The position numbers were made by a program, and so were the translations under genes. The notes beneath the pieces were generated by a model, which was not told the DNA's origin, searched no databases, and saw nothing but the letters and a program-made list of their open reading frames with translations. Below, piece after piece: positions 1 through 12,234 of a DNA stretch of 64,000 bases; the first letter of the stretch is position 1, and each line of letters starts with the position of its first letter. Origin of the DNA: Pseudogymnoascus verrucosus (taxonomy: Eukaryota). The stretch lies in assembly GCA_001662655.1 (NCBI GenBank), contig KV460218.1; one strand, written 5' to 3'.

Positions 1-174
1 GGTCAGATGGATCCAATATCAATGGGTCTGGCTCGATGGGGCTCCGACTCCAAGACTCCAATACATCATGAACTTGCTTTGTAACCCACTCTACTAGTAT
101 CAGCCACGTGCGAGTCGCACTTGCACTTGATAGAGAGGAGGAGGAGGGAGTCCGATATCAAGAGTCAATTAATG

Positions 175-300
175 GTCACGTGTATGTTTACACTTTTATC
201 ACGTGAATTTCGATCGAGTTGATCACGTGTATTTATGTCATAATTATCACGTGAATTTTAATTAAGTTTATCACGTGCCTTGTATCAGTCTAATCACGTG
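175..300. promoter_or_regulatory. Phased array of six TCACGTG (E-box/Cbf1-type) motifs, 23-24 bp period
   Basis: CACGTG cores start at 177, 200, 224, 248, 272 and 295, each preceded by RT and separated by different AT-rich spacers. A seventh core lies at 105. The array ends about 450 bp upstream of the TBF1 ATG. Confidence 0.75.
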
Positions 301-746
301 GTTCCAACGGTCTCTCTACCTGCCTAACTGTTATAATCGCACTGTACTGGGCAAAGAGATCTATAGAGACCGTAAACACCCAAGTAAATTTCAGAGCCTC
401 CATATATATTTTATAAAACATTCTACGTCCAACTGTACAAACTTACCAATTAATTTTCTCCAAATAAATATTATTTTTTCCCCTTCCCTGATTGTTCGTT
501 GGTGTATCTCCAATGCGAGGGCACGGGCAAAAGCGACAGGTCTCGCTGATTGGGGCTATGAGCTAATGGACGGGCCGGCGTTTTGCGCGCCGGCGGGAAA
601 GAAGTAAGTGAGGAGAGAGGAGTCGGCAGTTCCTTACCAAAAGAACTTCTCACCCGCTTTTGCTCGCTCTCGATCTCGCTCTCAACACCAACGTCTACGT
701 CTACCGATCCCCCTCACGAGACAGCATAGGGCCGGCCACCACCGAT

Positions 747-3188
747 ATGGAATCAATCACCGCCACCATGCCTATCGAACGTGAGTTCTCACCCGCGCAT
801 TCCCATCCATCACCACCATGCCTCCACGCGACTCCCCCGTCCACCCCCTTCAACCACCACCCCCCTCGCCTTGCCCATCTTCTAACCACCAGTAACTAAC
901 CACCCCTTCCCTCGCAGAACCCCAGATCAAATACGAATCCCCCTACAGCGCCGACCCTCCCCCGTACGACCCACACCAGCACTCCCCCCTCAAACGCCGC
1001 TTCTCCCCCTCAACACCCCACGCCCCAGCCTCAGATGAAAAGCGCCAGCGCATTGAGGTTTCTCCCCCGGCGCTGGGTGGGGATGACATGGATTTCGCGG
1101 CTATGATCGCTGCTGCCGCTGCTACGGCTTCGGAAGAGGCTGGGCCCGCGCCGCCGCAACAGCAACACCAGATGCAGCAGCACCAGCAACATAGTTTTGC
1201 GCCGCAGGAACCGTTGCCGTCAGTGGAAGGGTACCAGGCAGGGCAGGAGTTTGGGGGAAGCAGGGAGGCGGCGGCGGAGATCAGTAATGGGTTTTCAGCG
1301 GATCCGCATCTGTATATGCGAATCTTGAGTTTACCTATCCTGGAGAGCTTGTCTACGCAGATCCTCTCCACGCTGGCGCAGGGCCCGTACTCGGAGACGA
1401 TCAAGATCGTGACGCAGCCCGAGTCGGAGCTGGGACAGGCGTACGCGACGCTGAAATCGCTGTTTGACCAGACCAAGAAGATTTACTCGCAGCAGAAACC
1501 GTTCCTCTCGGCTGATGAGCTGAATATCCGCGAGCCGGAGCACCGCGGGACGATACGGACGACGAATCTGGCGACGTTTGTGTCGTCGGTGGTGGGGGGG
1601 CAGGATGTGGGGTTCTATGAGTTGAATGATCATTTTATTGAGACGTTTGTGGCGGATGGGGCGGAGTTGCAGACGGAGCCGGGACTGTTGTATTTGAATC
1701 TTAAGACGCAGATGTATCTCTCTGCGGTGTCGCAGGAGGAGCAGGAGAGGACGAAGGATGAGGTCTTGGATGATCTGTTTCCTGTTAGTCTTGGGGATAC
1801 GCTGAGGGCGAGGCATCCGGGGTCAGATCTTACGCAGAGTGAGATTGAATTTGTTAAGGAGGCGAATGCGAGGAGGGAGTATCTACAGAATGATTCTGGT
1901 GATCCGGATTCTATATGTAAGTCAACCCTCACCACCGCACGAAGCACTTTCTAATTTTATAGCTATCCTCTCGGAACAATACGCCTGGGAGGATTTCCTC
2001 AAGAACCTCAGCGACCATCTCAAGAAGGCATATGAGCCATTAATAGCTCCCTACATGAGGCGACACGCCTTAACCGCCCCCCCTCCATCCCTCCACACCC
2101 AGCAACACCAGCACCCCAACCCCACCGCCGAGCAGCAAACCTCACCCAAACCCCCCCACGACCCCCAACAACCGCCCCAACAACACCCCGAACCCGAACT
2201 CGACCTCGGCGACCTCGACATCGAGCAAGCCACCCGCGCCGCAACCCAACACGCTCTCCAGAGCATAGGATACTCGCAATACGACCGTCAGCAACAAACC
2301 CAACCCCAGCAACAACACCTCCAACAACAACACCAGCAACACGCCCAGCAAATGACAAGCTATGCCCAGGAATACCCCGCGGGTGCAGTACCGTACCACA
2401 CACAGACGGCACCGACACAAGTCCTATACGAACAAGCCCGCCAAGCCGCCGTCGCCAAAGCATCCCCGCACAGTCGCCGTCCCGGCCTCCCCAGCCAACG
2501 GCGCCCGTGGTCGACCGAAGAGGAAAACGCCTTAATGGCCGGCCTCGACCAAGTCAAGGGCCCGCACTGGTCGCAGATCCTCGCCTTATACGGCGCCAAA
2601 GGGCAAGTCAGCGAGATCCTCAAAGACAGGAACCAAGTACAACTCAAAGACAAAGCGCGGAACCTCAAGCTGTTTTTCTTGAAGAGTAATATCGAAGTAC
2701 CATACTACCTCCAATGCGTGACTGGCGAGCTGAAGACCCGCGCACCGAGCCAGGCGGCGAGGAAGGAGGCGGAGGAACGCGCGAGGCTGGCGAGTGATGA
2801 GGAGCAGGCGCGGTTTAATGGGATTATGGCGCTGGCGGGGGGGATGCAGGAGGGGGGGCTGGGGATGGGAGGGCAGGGGGAGATGCATGGGGGACATCAT
2901 TTGCAGCAGCAGATGGATGGGTTGCAACAGCAGCAGCAACAACAACAACAGAGGGGGGATGAGCAGCAGCAGCAGTTTGATGGACAGCACCAGCAGCATG
3001 GACAGCTTGGACAGCAGGGGGAGGTGAATCAGTCGCCGAGAGGGCAGGGGCAGATTGGTGCACAGGGACAGCAGCAGGCGGGAGGACAGGAGGTGTCGCA
3101 GTTGGATTTTGAGGATGCGTTGGGGGCGAGGCTGATGGAGAGTTTGGAGGATCATGATAAGAGGGCTGCTAGTGTTACGACGTCGTAG
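747..3188 (+). CDS. TBF1: Telomere repeat-binding factor (TRFH-like region + telobox Myb domain), Tbf1 family
   Basis: Three exons (747-780, 918-1916, 1963-3188) with GT..CTAA(C/T)..AG introns. Contains LYMRILSLPILESLSTQIL and the telobox Myb motif RRPWSTEEENALMAGLDQVKGPHWSQIL...RNQVQLKDKARNLKLFF, with Gln-rich tracts. Confidence 0.9.
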
Positions 3189-4047
3189 AGTTGGTTGGTG
3201 GGGTGGGATGTGATGTGATGTGATTGAGTGAGATGAGTAAGTGAATGAAGAAAGAGCAACAGAAAGAGAATTTTTTGGGGAGTTCTTGAGAGGGTGTTTA
3301 TTGTTTCGGTATTAGAGCATTGAGCGTATATAGGTTCGGTGGAGAAGCCATGGCGATGAGGCTTGAAAGGAGGGTTACATTAGTACGAGAAATATAGAGG
3401 ACAGTAACCAAGACAAAGTAACCAAAACCAAAACAAACATCTATTTCTCCGATAATTTTGTGCAACGCTGTGCACTCCGAACATCGAATTGTTTAACAAT
3501 CGAATTATTACAAAAAGTTAAACACCCGTCAGATATATTTATATCCCACATGCCATGTGCTCATGCCAAGAAACGATAGCCCCTACATCCCCCCCTCGCC
3601 GCTCGCGCGTTTACCCCGGCCCGGCCACATAAGCTCCACCCAAGCTGATAAGCGAAAGAACACCTCGACCACTTCTTTGGCTTCCAAAGGGCCTCGCTCG
3701 CATTGAGACGAGACGGAACGAATCACCCACCTGCAAGCAGCGAAGGGGCAATTCAACGAATCTGTCCTCACGAGCTGCGACGACAACGACACTCCTTTAT
3801 CTATTTTCTTTTCTTTTACGATTCGAGCCTCAACTTGTATTGGGGTTTAACTTTTATTTATCTTTGAGTAAGTAAGCGCGAACCCCGTGGCGGCCCCTTA
3901 CTCACTCACTCAACCCCCGTTTTCGAGCGAGGCTGAGTGAGAGGCTGTCTTTTCTCTCCTTGGATCGACGAACAAACTCATCCACCGCTGCGAAGTACAC
4001 GCGCTGACCCATTACCATCACAGACATCTCCATAGCTCCAACCCATC

Positions 4048-6529
4048 ATGGCGTCTCCCTCGCCGGCAGGTTCAGTCCGGCACCGCGGTCCCGCTGCGGC
4101 CTCGAAGAAAGAGAAATCCCCCTCCGGGGCCACGCTCGCCGTCCCCGCCGACAAGGGGCTGGTCAAGGCGAATAAAGGCAAGGCAGCGCCTGCGTCGGAG
4201 TGGGATTATAAGCTTGCGCTTGTGATTATCACGGTGTTGGCTTTTGCTACGAGGTTTTGGGGGATTAGCCATCCGAATGAGGTGGTGTTTGATGAGGTGC
4301 ATTTTGGGAAGGTGAGTAAACTCTAGATCTGGGGAATGATGATGATGTGAGGAGTGGGGGAGAAGTAAGCTGACGAGTGCTGGAATGGATAGTTCGCGTC
4401 GTATTACCTCGAGCGCACGTACTTCTTCGATGTCCACCCGCCGTTTGGGAAGCTGCTGTTTGCGCTGATGGGATGGTTCGTGGGGTATGATGGACACTTC
4501 CACTTCGAGAACATTGGGGACTCGTATATCACCAACAAAGTCCCCTACGTTGCGTTCCGCGCCATGCCGGCTCTTCTCGGCGCTCTCACCGTTCCGGTCG
4601 TGTTTGATATCATGTGGGAATCGGGATACACCCTCCCTGCGTGCATTGTTGCCGCTGGCCTTGTTCTGTTCGATAACGCGCATATTGGACAGACGAGATT
4701 GATTCTTCTGGATGCGACGCTCGTCTTTGCGATGGCGTGCAGTCTGCTCTGCTATATCCGATTCTATAAGCTGAGACACCAGCCGTTTGGCAGGAAGTGG
4801 TGGAAGTGGCTCCTTCTCACTGGCTTTGCGCTCAGCTGCGTTATCTCGACCAAGTATGTCGGTACCTTCGCCTTCCTCACCGTCGGAGCTGCTGTCGCCA
4901 TTGACCTGTGGGATCTCCTCGATGTCAACCGTCGCCAGGGCGCGCTCTCTCTGATCGACTTCGGCAAGCACTTCGCCGCCCGCGCATTCGGTCTCATCTT
5001 CGTCCCCTTCCTGTTCTACCTCTTCTGGTTCCAGGTTCACTTCTCCATCCTCACCAAGTCGGGTCCGGGTGATGACTTCATGACGCCCCAGTTCCAGGAG
5101 ACGCTGAGTGATAACCTCATGACGACCAATGCTGTGACGATCAACTACTTCGACAACATCGTCCTCAGACACAAGGAGACCAAGACCTACCTCCACAGCC
5201 ACCCGGACAAGTACCCCCTCCGCTACGACGACGGACGTGTCTCCAGCCAAGGCCAGCAAGTAACCGGCTACCCCTTCAACGACACCAACAACCACTGGGA
5301 GATTCTCCCCGCCGACGGCGCCGACACCCCCAACCGCATCGTCCGCAACCACGAGCTCGTCAAGCTGCGCCACGTCGTCACCAACACCATCCTCCTCTCC
5401 CACGACGTCGCATCCCCCTACTACCCCACGAACCAGGAATTCTCCACCGTCCCTCTCGAAGACGCCCACGGCTCCCGCCACAACGACACCCTCTTCGAGA
5501 TCCGCATCGAGAACGGCAAGCCGAACCAGGAATTCAAGTCCCTCGCCGCACAATTCAAACTCATCCACAACCCCTCCAAAGTCGCCATGTGGACCCACAC
5601 CACGCCGCTCCCAGACTGGGCCTACAAGCAGCAGGAAATCAACGGGAACAAGAACGTCGCGCAATCCTCCAACGTCTGGTTCGTTGACGAGATCCCGTCC
5701 ATCCCAGCCGATAGTCCGAGACTCCAGCGCGAGGCGAGACAGGTGAAGACGATGCCGTTCCTGAAGAAGTGGTTCGAAGTCCAGCGCGCGATGTTCCACC
5801 ATAATAACGCCCTGACGAGCAGCCATCCGTATGCGAGCCAGCCGTTCCATTGGCCGTTCCTCCTGCGTGGTGTTAGCTTCTGGACGCACAATGATACGAG
5901 GTCGCAGATTTACTTCCTCGGGAACCCGGTTGGGTGGTGGCTTGCTTCGTCGCTGTTGGCGGTGTATGTTGGGATTATTGCTGCGGATCAGCTTTCTCTT
6001 CGTCGTGGTGCTGATGCACTTGATATCCGTAAGTCCCCTTCCCCTTCACCATCTCCCATCATCACTTTTTTGCACGAACTAACACCCCACAGGCACCCGC
6101 TCCCGCCTCTACAACTCCACAGGCTTCTTCTTCATCGCCTGGGCCCTCCACTACCTCCCCTTCTATCTGATGGGCCGCCAACTCTTCCTACACCACTACC
6201 TCCCCGCGCACCTCGCCTCCTGCCTTGTCACCGGCGCCCTCCTCGAATTCATCTTCACCATCGAGCCCGTCGCTCTCGAGGAGGCCGGCTTCACCGTCGC
6301 CGAGTCGGGAACTAAGCACGGATCACCTATGAGCGCGCGATCGTTGCCTGCGAGAGAGAGATTGGGGGGACAGAGTCTGCTGGCGAGCTGGGCGGCGGCG
6401 GGCGTGATTATGGTTGCGGTTGTGGGGGGATGGTGGTTTTTCGTGCCGTTGACTTATGGGTTTCCGTTGAGTGTGGAGGAGGTTATGGCGAGGAAGTGGT
6501 TGGGGTATGATTTGCATTTTGCGAAATAG
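4048..6529 (+). CDS. PMT4: Dolichyl-phosphate-mannose-protein O-mannosyltransferase, PMT4 subfamily
   Basis: Three exons (introns about 4312-4392 and 6029-6092). Motifs VVFDEVHFGKFASYYL..FFDVHPPFGKLL, MIR region YLHSH..QQVTGYP, HPYASQP..WP and RQLFLHHYLPA. Confidence 0.93.
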
Positions 6530-6898
6530 AGGGGAGGATGAGAAAAAATATATAGGGGAAGGAGAGAGTGAGTGGGTGGGTAAGAGGAAAAGTGAAAAAG
6601 CTTGGATGGGATTTTGAGGGGGGTGGGTGGATGTTGGAGAAAACATATCTGATGAGGGGGGGATGTACTTGTAAGATTTATGGTGTCTCGTAGCGTTTTG
6701 CGTATTCTATTGAGTCATTGATGATTATATTCTACTCTTATGCCTCCACCTTGGGTGTCTCTTATGATACTAGTGCTGTCTAGAAACTCTTGAAGAGGCG
6801 ATATCAGAGAGGCAATGAACTATGCAATATTTGGATATATTGGCTATCTATATACGAGTTATATAGCCCCAGTCTCATCTATAAACCCCATCCAACAT

Positions 6899-8364
6899 CT
6901 ACCCCTCAAACTCCTCCCTCAAAACCCTATGCCTACTCAACACAACATCCGTATCAATATACCCCCCCTTCAGCCACCTCTCCCCGGAACTAACATCAAA
7001 CGCCGTCCTCGCATGCAGCACCCTGCGATTATTAAAAATCACCATCTCCCCCTCCTTCATCTTATACTTATATATATTCTCCTCCCTCTCCGTGATCTCC
7101 TGGAACTTCCCCGCCATCCCATGGTACTTGCTCAACTGAGCCAGGGAGGTCGTGTCCGCGGTCCCGTTGGCGAGGTTGAAGGGGCCTTGGAAGGGGGGGG
7201 AGTAGTTCACGTATTTTAGGGGGCGCGGAGGGCTAGTGGAGTGCGCAGTGGTGTCGTACTCGATGGTGGGGTGGGAGTGCCGGTAGTGTTCCCCGGCGTT
7301 CTTGTAATGATAGTTGACGGGGAACTCTGCTAATACGCTTGTTTCGGCGGGATGACTCGATTGCAGCTGGTTAACAGCATAGAAGGCATCGGTGAACATT
7401 GATTCCCCGCCCTCGCAGCTGTTCTTGATACAGTGCAACAGCTGGAATCCGGGCGGGTCGGCCATGTAAAGGAGGTCCATGTGGAAACCGAGGAATTGGT
7501 GGGTGTATGCCACGTTCTTGGCTTGGGGGACGGACTTAACGTCCCAGGTCTCGCCGTAGAATGTATCTCTTAGTCTCCCGATTCGTTTCCCCATCGCAGC
7601 GGGCCCGTTCTCGCCGGGGACGTTCTTGATGAACACCAGACCGTAGAGTCGCAGCTGCTTCAGGACTTCGAAGAGGGTCTTGTCGTCTTCCATGGACTTG
7701 TTGTAATCGATGAATTGGATCTTTTCAGAGACCTGGTCGCGATTCCAGATCTTATATGTATCCCCCTCATTCGCCTGCAGGCTCTCAACCGCTACGGGGT
7801 TATTGTCGTATCGCTCCAGCTCCTTCTTTTCGTACGTGGAAGTGTGTTCGGGTCCGTAGCCGGGGATGTCATTGTTCCAGGTCACGGAGATGGATTTGCC
7901 GTCTTTGCTCTCTGTTACGCTTTTGTAGGAGATGTTGGCGGGAATCTTGGGGGTTTCGAAGACTTTCTGCCGTGTTGATGGGTCGACGCAGAGGGGGCAG
8001 GAGCAGGCGTCGCGGAGCCAGAGTCGGTAGCCATCTGTTGTCTGGTGGGCTGCTAAGGGAGATGCTCCTTGGGCTTTGTATGTCGACGCGGGTTTTGTGC
8101 CGGTGAGAACTATTGCTTGCTTCTCTGGTTTTGTCAGCACAAGTTCAATACATCAGATATCCGCAGCAGTATAGCGCAAAGAAGCTCTCCTCCTATGCCT
8201 GGCTGCATTGTTAGAAACTTACGTGTCGTTGTGGATACTGCTCTCCGGGACTGCACCGGCGCATATGCTTGCTGAGCGCGGATATGCACTACAGGCCTAG
8301 CAAAACTCCTGCGAACAGCGGTTCGAATTGGGCTTGCCAGTGCTGTATTCCTTAAAAGCGACAT
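6899..8364 (-). CDS. Mitochondrial gamma-butyrobetaine dioxygenase-like Fe/2OG oxygenase (TauD family, Aim17-like)
   Basis: Arg-rich presequence exon (8364-8223) then a GTAAGT..CTGAC..CAG intron. GBBH N-terminal motif WLRDACSCPLC..STRQK, iron triad GFHMDLLY...RVLHAR and C-terminal RWLKGGYID. Confidence 0.85.
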
Positions 8365-8809
8365 CGTCGCCGATATTTCCCACAGCGGTGAGGAAAGCCG
8401 TGGGTGGAGGGGTAACCGGCAGCCGAGAATATGTAGTATATTGCAGCGATCAATGGACGTAAAACGTGCTGTTGAAACTTATATAAGGATATAAGGAAGC
8501 GCTTCTCAAATATAGAAATATATACAGGAATTGGAAGAAGTGAAGCAAGTAAACATTTGAAAGAATCGCAGCCTCGGCTCACAAGCATCGATCTCGTGCA
8601 GCTGCTTCTGGAGTAGCGGGTCACCGATTATGGCGGGGAGGGGAGGGAAGTCCCGAACTTCTCCCGCCATCACCCCTGTCGCTATGACGCCTCCCGTATC
8701 TAAGCGGCCAAATCTCCAAATTCAACGGAAATAAATATACCTAAATCTCCAACTTTCAACAATCAAACAGTCTTTCGGCAACGTCCCCCGTACGGGACTA
8801 TCCAGATGT

Positions 8810-9907
8810 ATGTCAAGAAGCGCAGACCATCGCCTGAAGGATGAGGGCTCCAAGACGCAAGTCGTCCTCGCTGGAGCCACGGCCGGGTTAATTGCACGGT
8901 AAGCACGTTGCCCAGTCTTTATCCTCAACAAGCAGCCCTTTCTTCCTACCATCCTCAATGGCTTTCAGATCCGATTATGATACAAATCACAGAAGCTAAT
9001 TTCCCTCAGCTTTGTCATTGCCCCTCTCGATGTCGTTAAAATCCGCCTTCAACTCCAAACCCATCCCGGTCGCACGATCATCCAACCCCATCCTCCCTCT
9101 ACGCAACCGCCCCTCTACAAAGGCACCCTCCAGACCCTCGTCCGAATCTTTCGCGAGGAAGGCCTCACTGCTCTCTGGAAAGGCAACATCCCCGCCGAAG
9201 CCCTGTACATCACCTACTCCGCCGTGCAATTCACAACCTATCGCCTCACAACACTAGGCCTACAGTCCCTCTTCTCAACGCATCCCCTCTCCCCGCCCAC
9301 GGAATCGTTTGTCGCCGGTGCCACCGCCGGTGCTGTCTCTACTACGGTTACATACCCACTCGACCTACTGCGCACCCGGTTTGCCGCCCAAGGCACCCAG
9401 AAAGTCTACCCCAGCCTCTGGTATGGCATCCGTTCCATCGCTACCAACGAAGGTCCCGCGGGCTTCTTCCGCGGCCTGTCCGCAGGCATAATCCAAATCG
9501 TGCCATACATGGGCCTTTTCTTCTCCGTCTACGAGACACTGCGCCCCTACAGCGCGACGCTGACACTACCGTTTGGATCTGGCGATGCGGTGGCTGGTGT
9601 AGCGGCCAGCGTGTTTGCCAAGACTGCCGTGTTCCCGCTTGATCTGGTCAGGAAGCGGCTGCAGGTTCAGGGTCCGACGAGGCGGCAGTATGTCGTTGGT
9701 GGGTTGGCGTATAGAGGCGTTGGGGGGAGCATGAAGGCGATTGTGAGGAGAGAGGGGTGGAGAGGGCTGTACAGGGGATTGACGGTTAGTTTGGTCAAAG
9801 CAGCGCCGGCGAGCGCGGTGACGATGTGGACATATGAGCGTGCGTTGGCATTTTTTATAAGCTTGGATCAGGCGAAGGAACAAGAGCAGGAGGCGACGTC
9901 GCCGTGA
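8810..9907 (+). CDS. TPC1: Mitochondrial thiamine pyrophosphate carrier (SLC25 family)
   Basis: Exon 1 encodes [30 protein letters not shown], intron 8899-9009. Carrier motifs [28 protein letters not shown] and [15 protein letters not shown]. Confidence 0.88.
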
Positions 9908-10460
9908 ATATAGTTGGGAATGGGAACTGGCGCTCGGTGTGTAACTGGATGGGGGTTATTTGTAGAATTACTGTAATATGTACAAGATGCTGCTCGTGCG
10001 TCTGCGGAAAAGTCTACGTATCAGTCACGTAAAGGCAAGGAAAAGCCAACAAACACTACCAGCGATACTTTTAGAAGATACTAGTAATAAATATAATAAG
10101 GACTTTTTATTATCTATAGATATAATTCTTATATCACAATCTTTCAATAGATCAAATGCTCAAAACTAAGTCAAAGTGTGCAACTTTGTTTGCTTCAACT
10201 GGAGGCATCAATTCGCAGCTCGCTCTATATTGTTCCGACTTATCTCTTATCGAGACTTCATTCACGCGCGCGCGGAATAAATAACCGCCTCTAGCGCCAC
10301 TGTTGCACCCTTTAGCGTCACCAGTCAACTACCGACCGCGCGGGTCTCATAATCAACTCTCGTCACGATCAATCACTCCATCAATGATCAATGACATTCT
10401 GAGGTGAATTCTATCTGAAGCAAAAGAAATCAGACCTCTATCTCATACATCACTTCAATT

Positions 10461-11204
10461 ATGCCGGATTCACCTCAAGCCACTGGCGCGGCACGCCCTG
10501 CCGAGCCAGTATCAGAAGCCCCAGAGGCAATTGCGCCGGCTCCTGAGCCAAAGTTACCGAGCCGCAAGGATGCCAGCTTGAAGGAGTTCCTGGGGAAGAT
10601 GGATGATTATGCTCCCATTGTATGTTTTGCTTTTCCATATGCCTCCCTTGTCTTTCGCCACAGCGGATCCCCAGTCTCACTTCTATCTTGAATCGCCTTT
10701 CATCCTCCTCGGCACCCTTCTATATCGCCTTCCATGCCTAACTCCCCTTTCTGAAGTGTCATGATCTGTGCAAATTCTAACTGGCGCCGACAGATCCCAG
10801 ACGCAGTCACAAACTACTACCTCACACGCGCCGGGCTCCCCCCACCACCCACAACCGATCCCCGCCTCTCTCGCCTCCTCGCTCTCGCGACCCAAAAGTT
10901 CGTCGCTGACATCGCCGCCGACGCATACCAATACTCGCGGATCCGCTCGTCGAACAGCTCCTCAGCCAATAACCCGATGGGCAACCTCGTCGGTGCTGCT
11001 GGAGGCGCCAGCGCAGCACCTGTGGGCGCGGCGGAGGGGAAGACACAGAGAGCCGGTGGAGGCGCGTTGGGTGTTCAGCGGCCGGGATACGGAGGTGGCG
11101 GACAGGGTGGTGGGCAGGGGAGGACTGTGCTGACGATGGAGGATTTGGGGATGGCGGTTGGAGAGTACGGGGTTAATGTTAAGAGGGGAGAGTTCTACCG
11201 GTAA
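10461..11204 (+). CDS. TAF10: TFIID/SAGA subunit 10
   Basis: [74 protein letters not shown]; intron 10620-10793. Confidence 0.95.
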
Positions 11205-12234
11205 GATGGTTGCCGAGGTGCATAATACCACGATGGGGAGTTTGGACACGGACTGGGTTGGGACTGGGGCGCACTGCTGATTATGGCGGGATGGGTTGTG
11301 TCTGGTTTGAGCCTACACTAGAGGACAATCAGAGGGGCATTTGGCGTTTGGGAGGCTTGTCTGCCTGCATATGCTGCTAGCTTGACTGAGTGGCCGAGAT
11401 GGGACACTTTCTTTAGACTAGAGCTTGTCATTCTCAATGAAATTCATTTTTACGGCTACCATCCCCAGTGGGAAGGGGTTTTATATCCACACGTGTGACA
11501 ATTTGCAGATAATCAACAAGAGAGTTGACCTATGAATGCAGCTGAAGACATGCATTCTATTAGCTTATGCTTCCAGTACCAATCTTTAGGGCGCATAGTC
11601 ATGCTCTAGACTTTTGGAAGGCGCGATAATTGTTTAGGCTCGTCGTCGTACAACGGCATGGTTTTAAGCCTGGTATAATGAATAACCTAGCAAACATGGG
11701 ATAAACAGGAACGGAACGGCTCGTAGCAACTCTGACTCATGAAGACGGGCATTGAAGGTTACAGAGTAAGTTATACAGTTCATACAATATTCTGTAGCGG
11801 AAGCAGCCTATCATCCAAATTGTGCCTGAAACTTCAGAATAAACACACGATGCATGTCAAAGGAAAGGTTAAAGGAAAACATTCATTATGTTTTATGATA
11901 AGACAACAATGCATTGTTCAACATCAACGAACACAAAGAAACACTCGTTTCGGTCTGAATAGCTTCATTTGTTAGTTTCATATTTGTCTCTAAACTGCAG
12001 AACTATCCACGAACACTCAACTTTAGGCGCGGCCTTCGCCACGACAAGATTTTATATAAATATGGCCTCGAATGTCTCTTCACAACCTTCTTTTTCCCTC
12101 TTCAGACCACTCGAGAAGCATTACCAAGAGCAAATGATAGGATAGATTCTCATACAAGGCTCTCCAATACTCCAACTCCAGGCCGCTCAGGCAGCGGTAT
12201 ACAACCACCCAGGCCCTGAGGCGCATCCGTCAAG

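Noticed and set aside
175..300. CRISPR array or point centromere (CDEI)
   Set aside because: The repeat is only 8 bp, the context is eukaryotic with no cas genes, and there is no long CDEII or CDEIII; kept only as a motif array.
4072..5889. 605-aa antisense ORF over PMT4
   Set aside because: Shadow ORF explained by the codon bias of the sense gene; no recognisable motifs.
8899..9009. TPP riboswitch in the TPC1 intron
   Set aside because: No TPP aptamer landmarks (UGAGA, CUUGAU, GAUAAU..CAGCG) visible.
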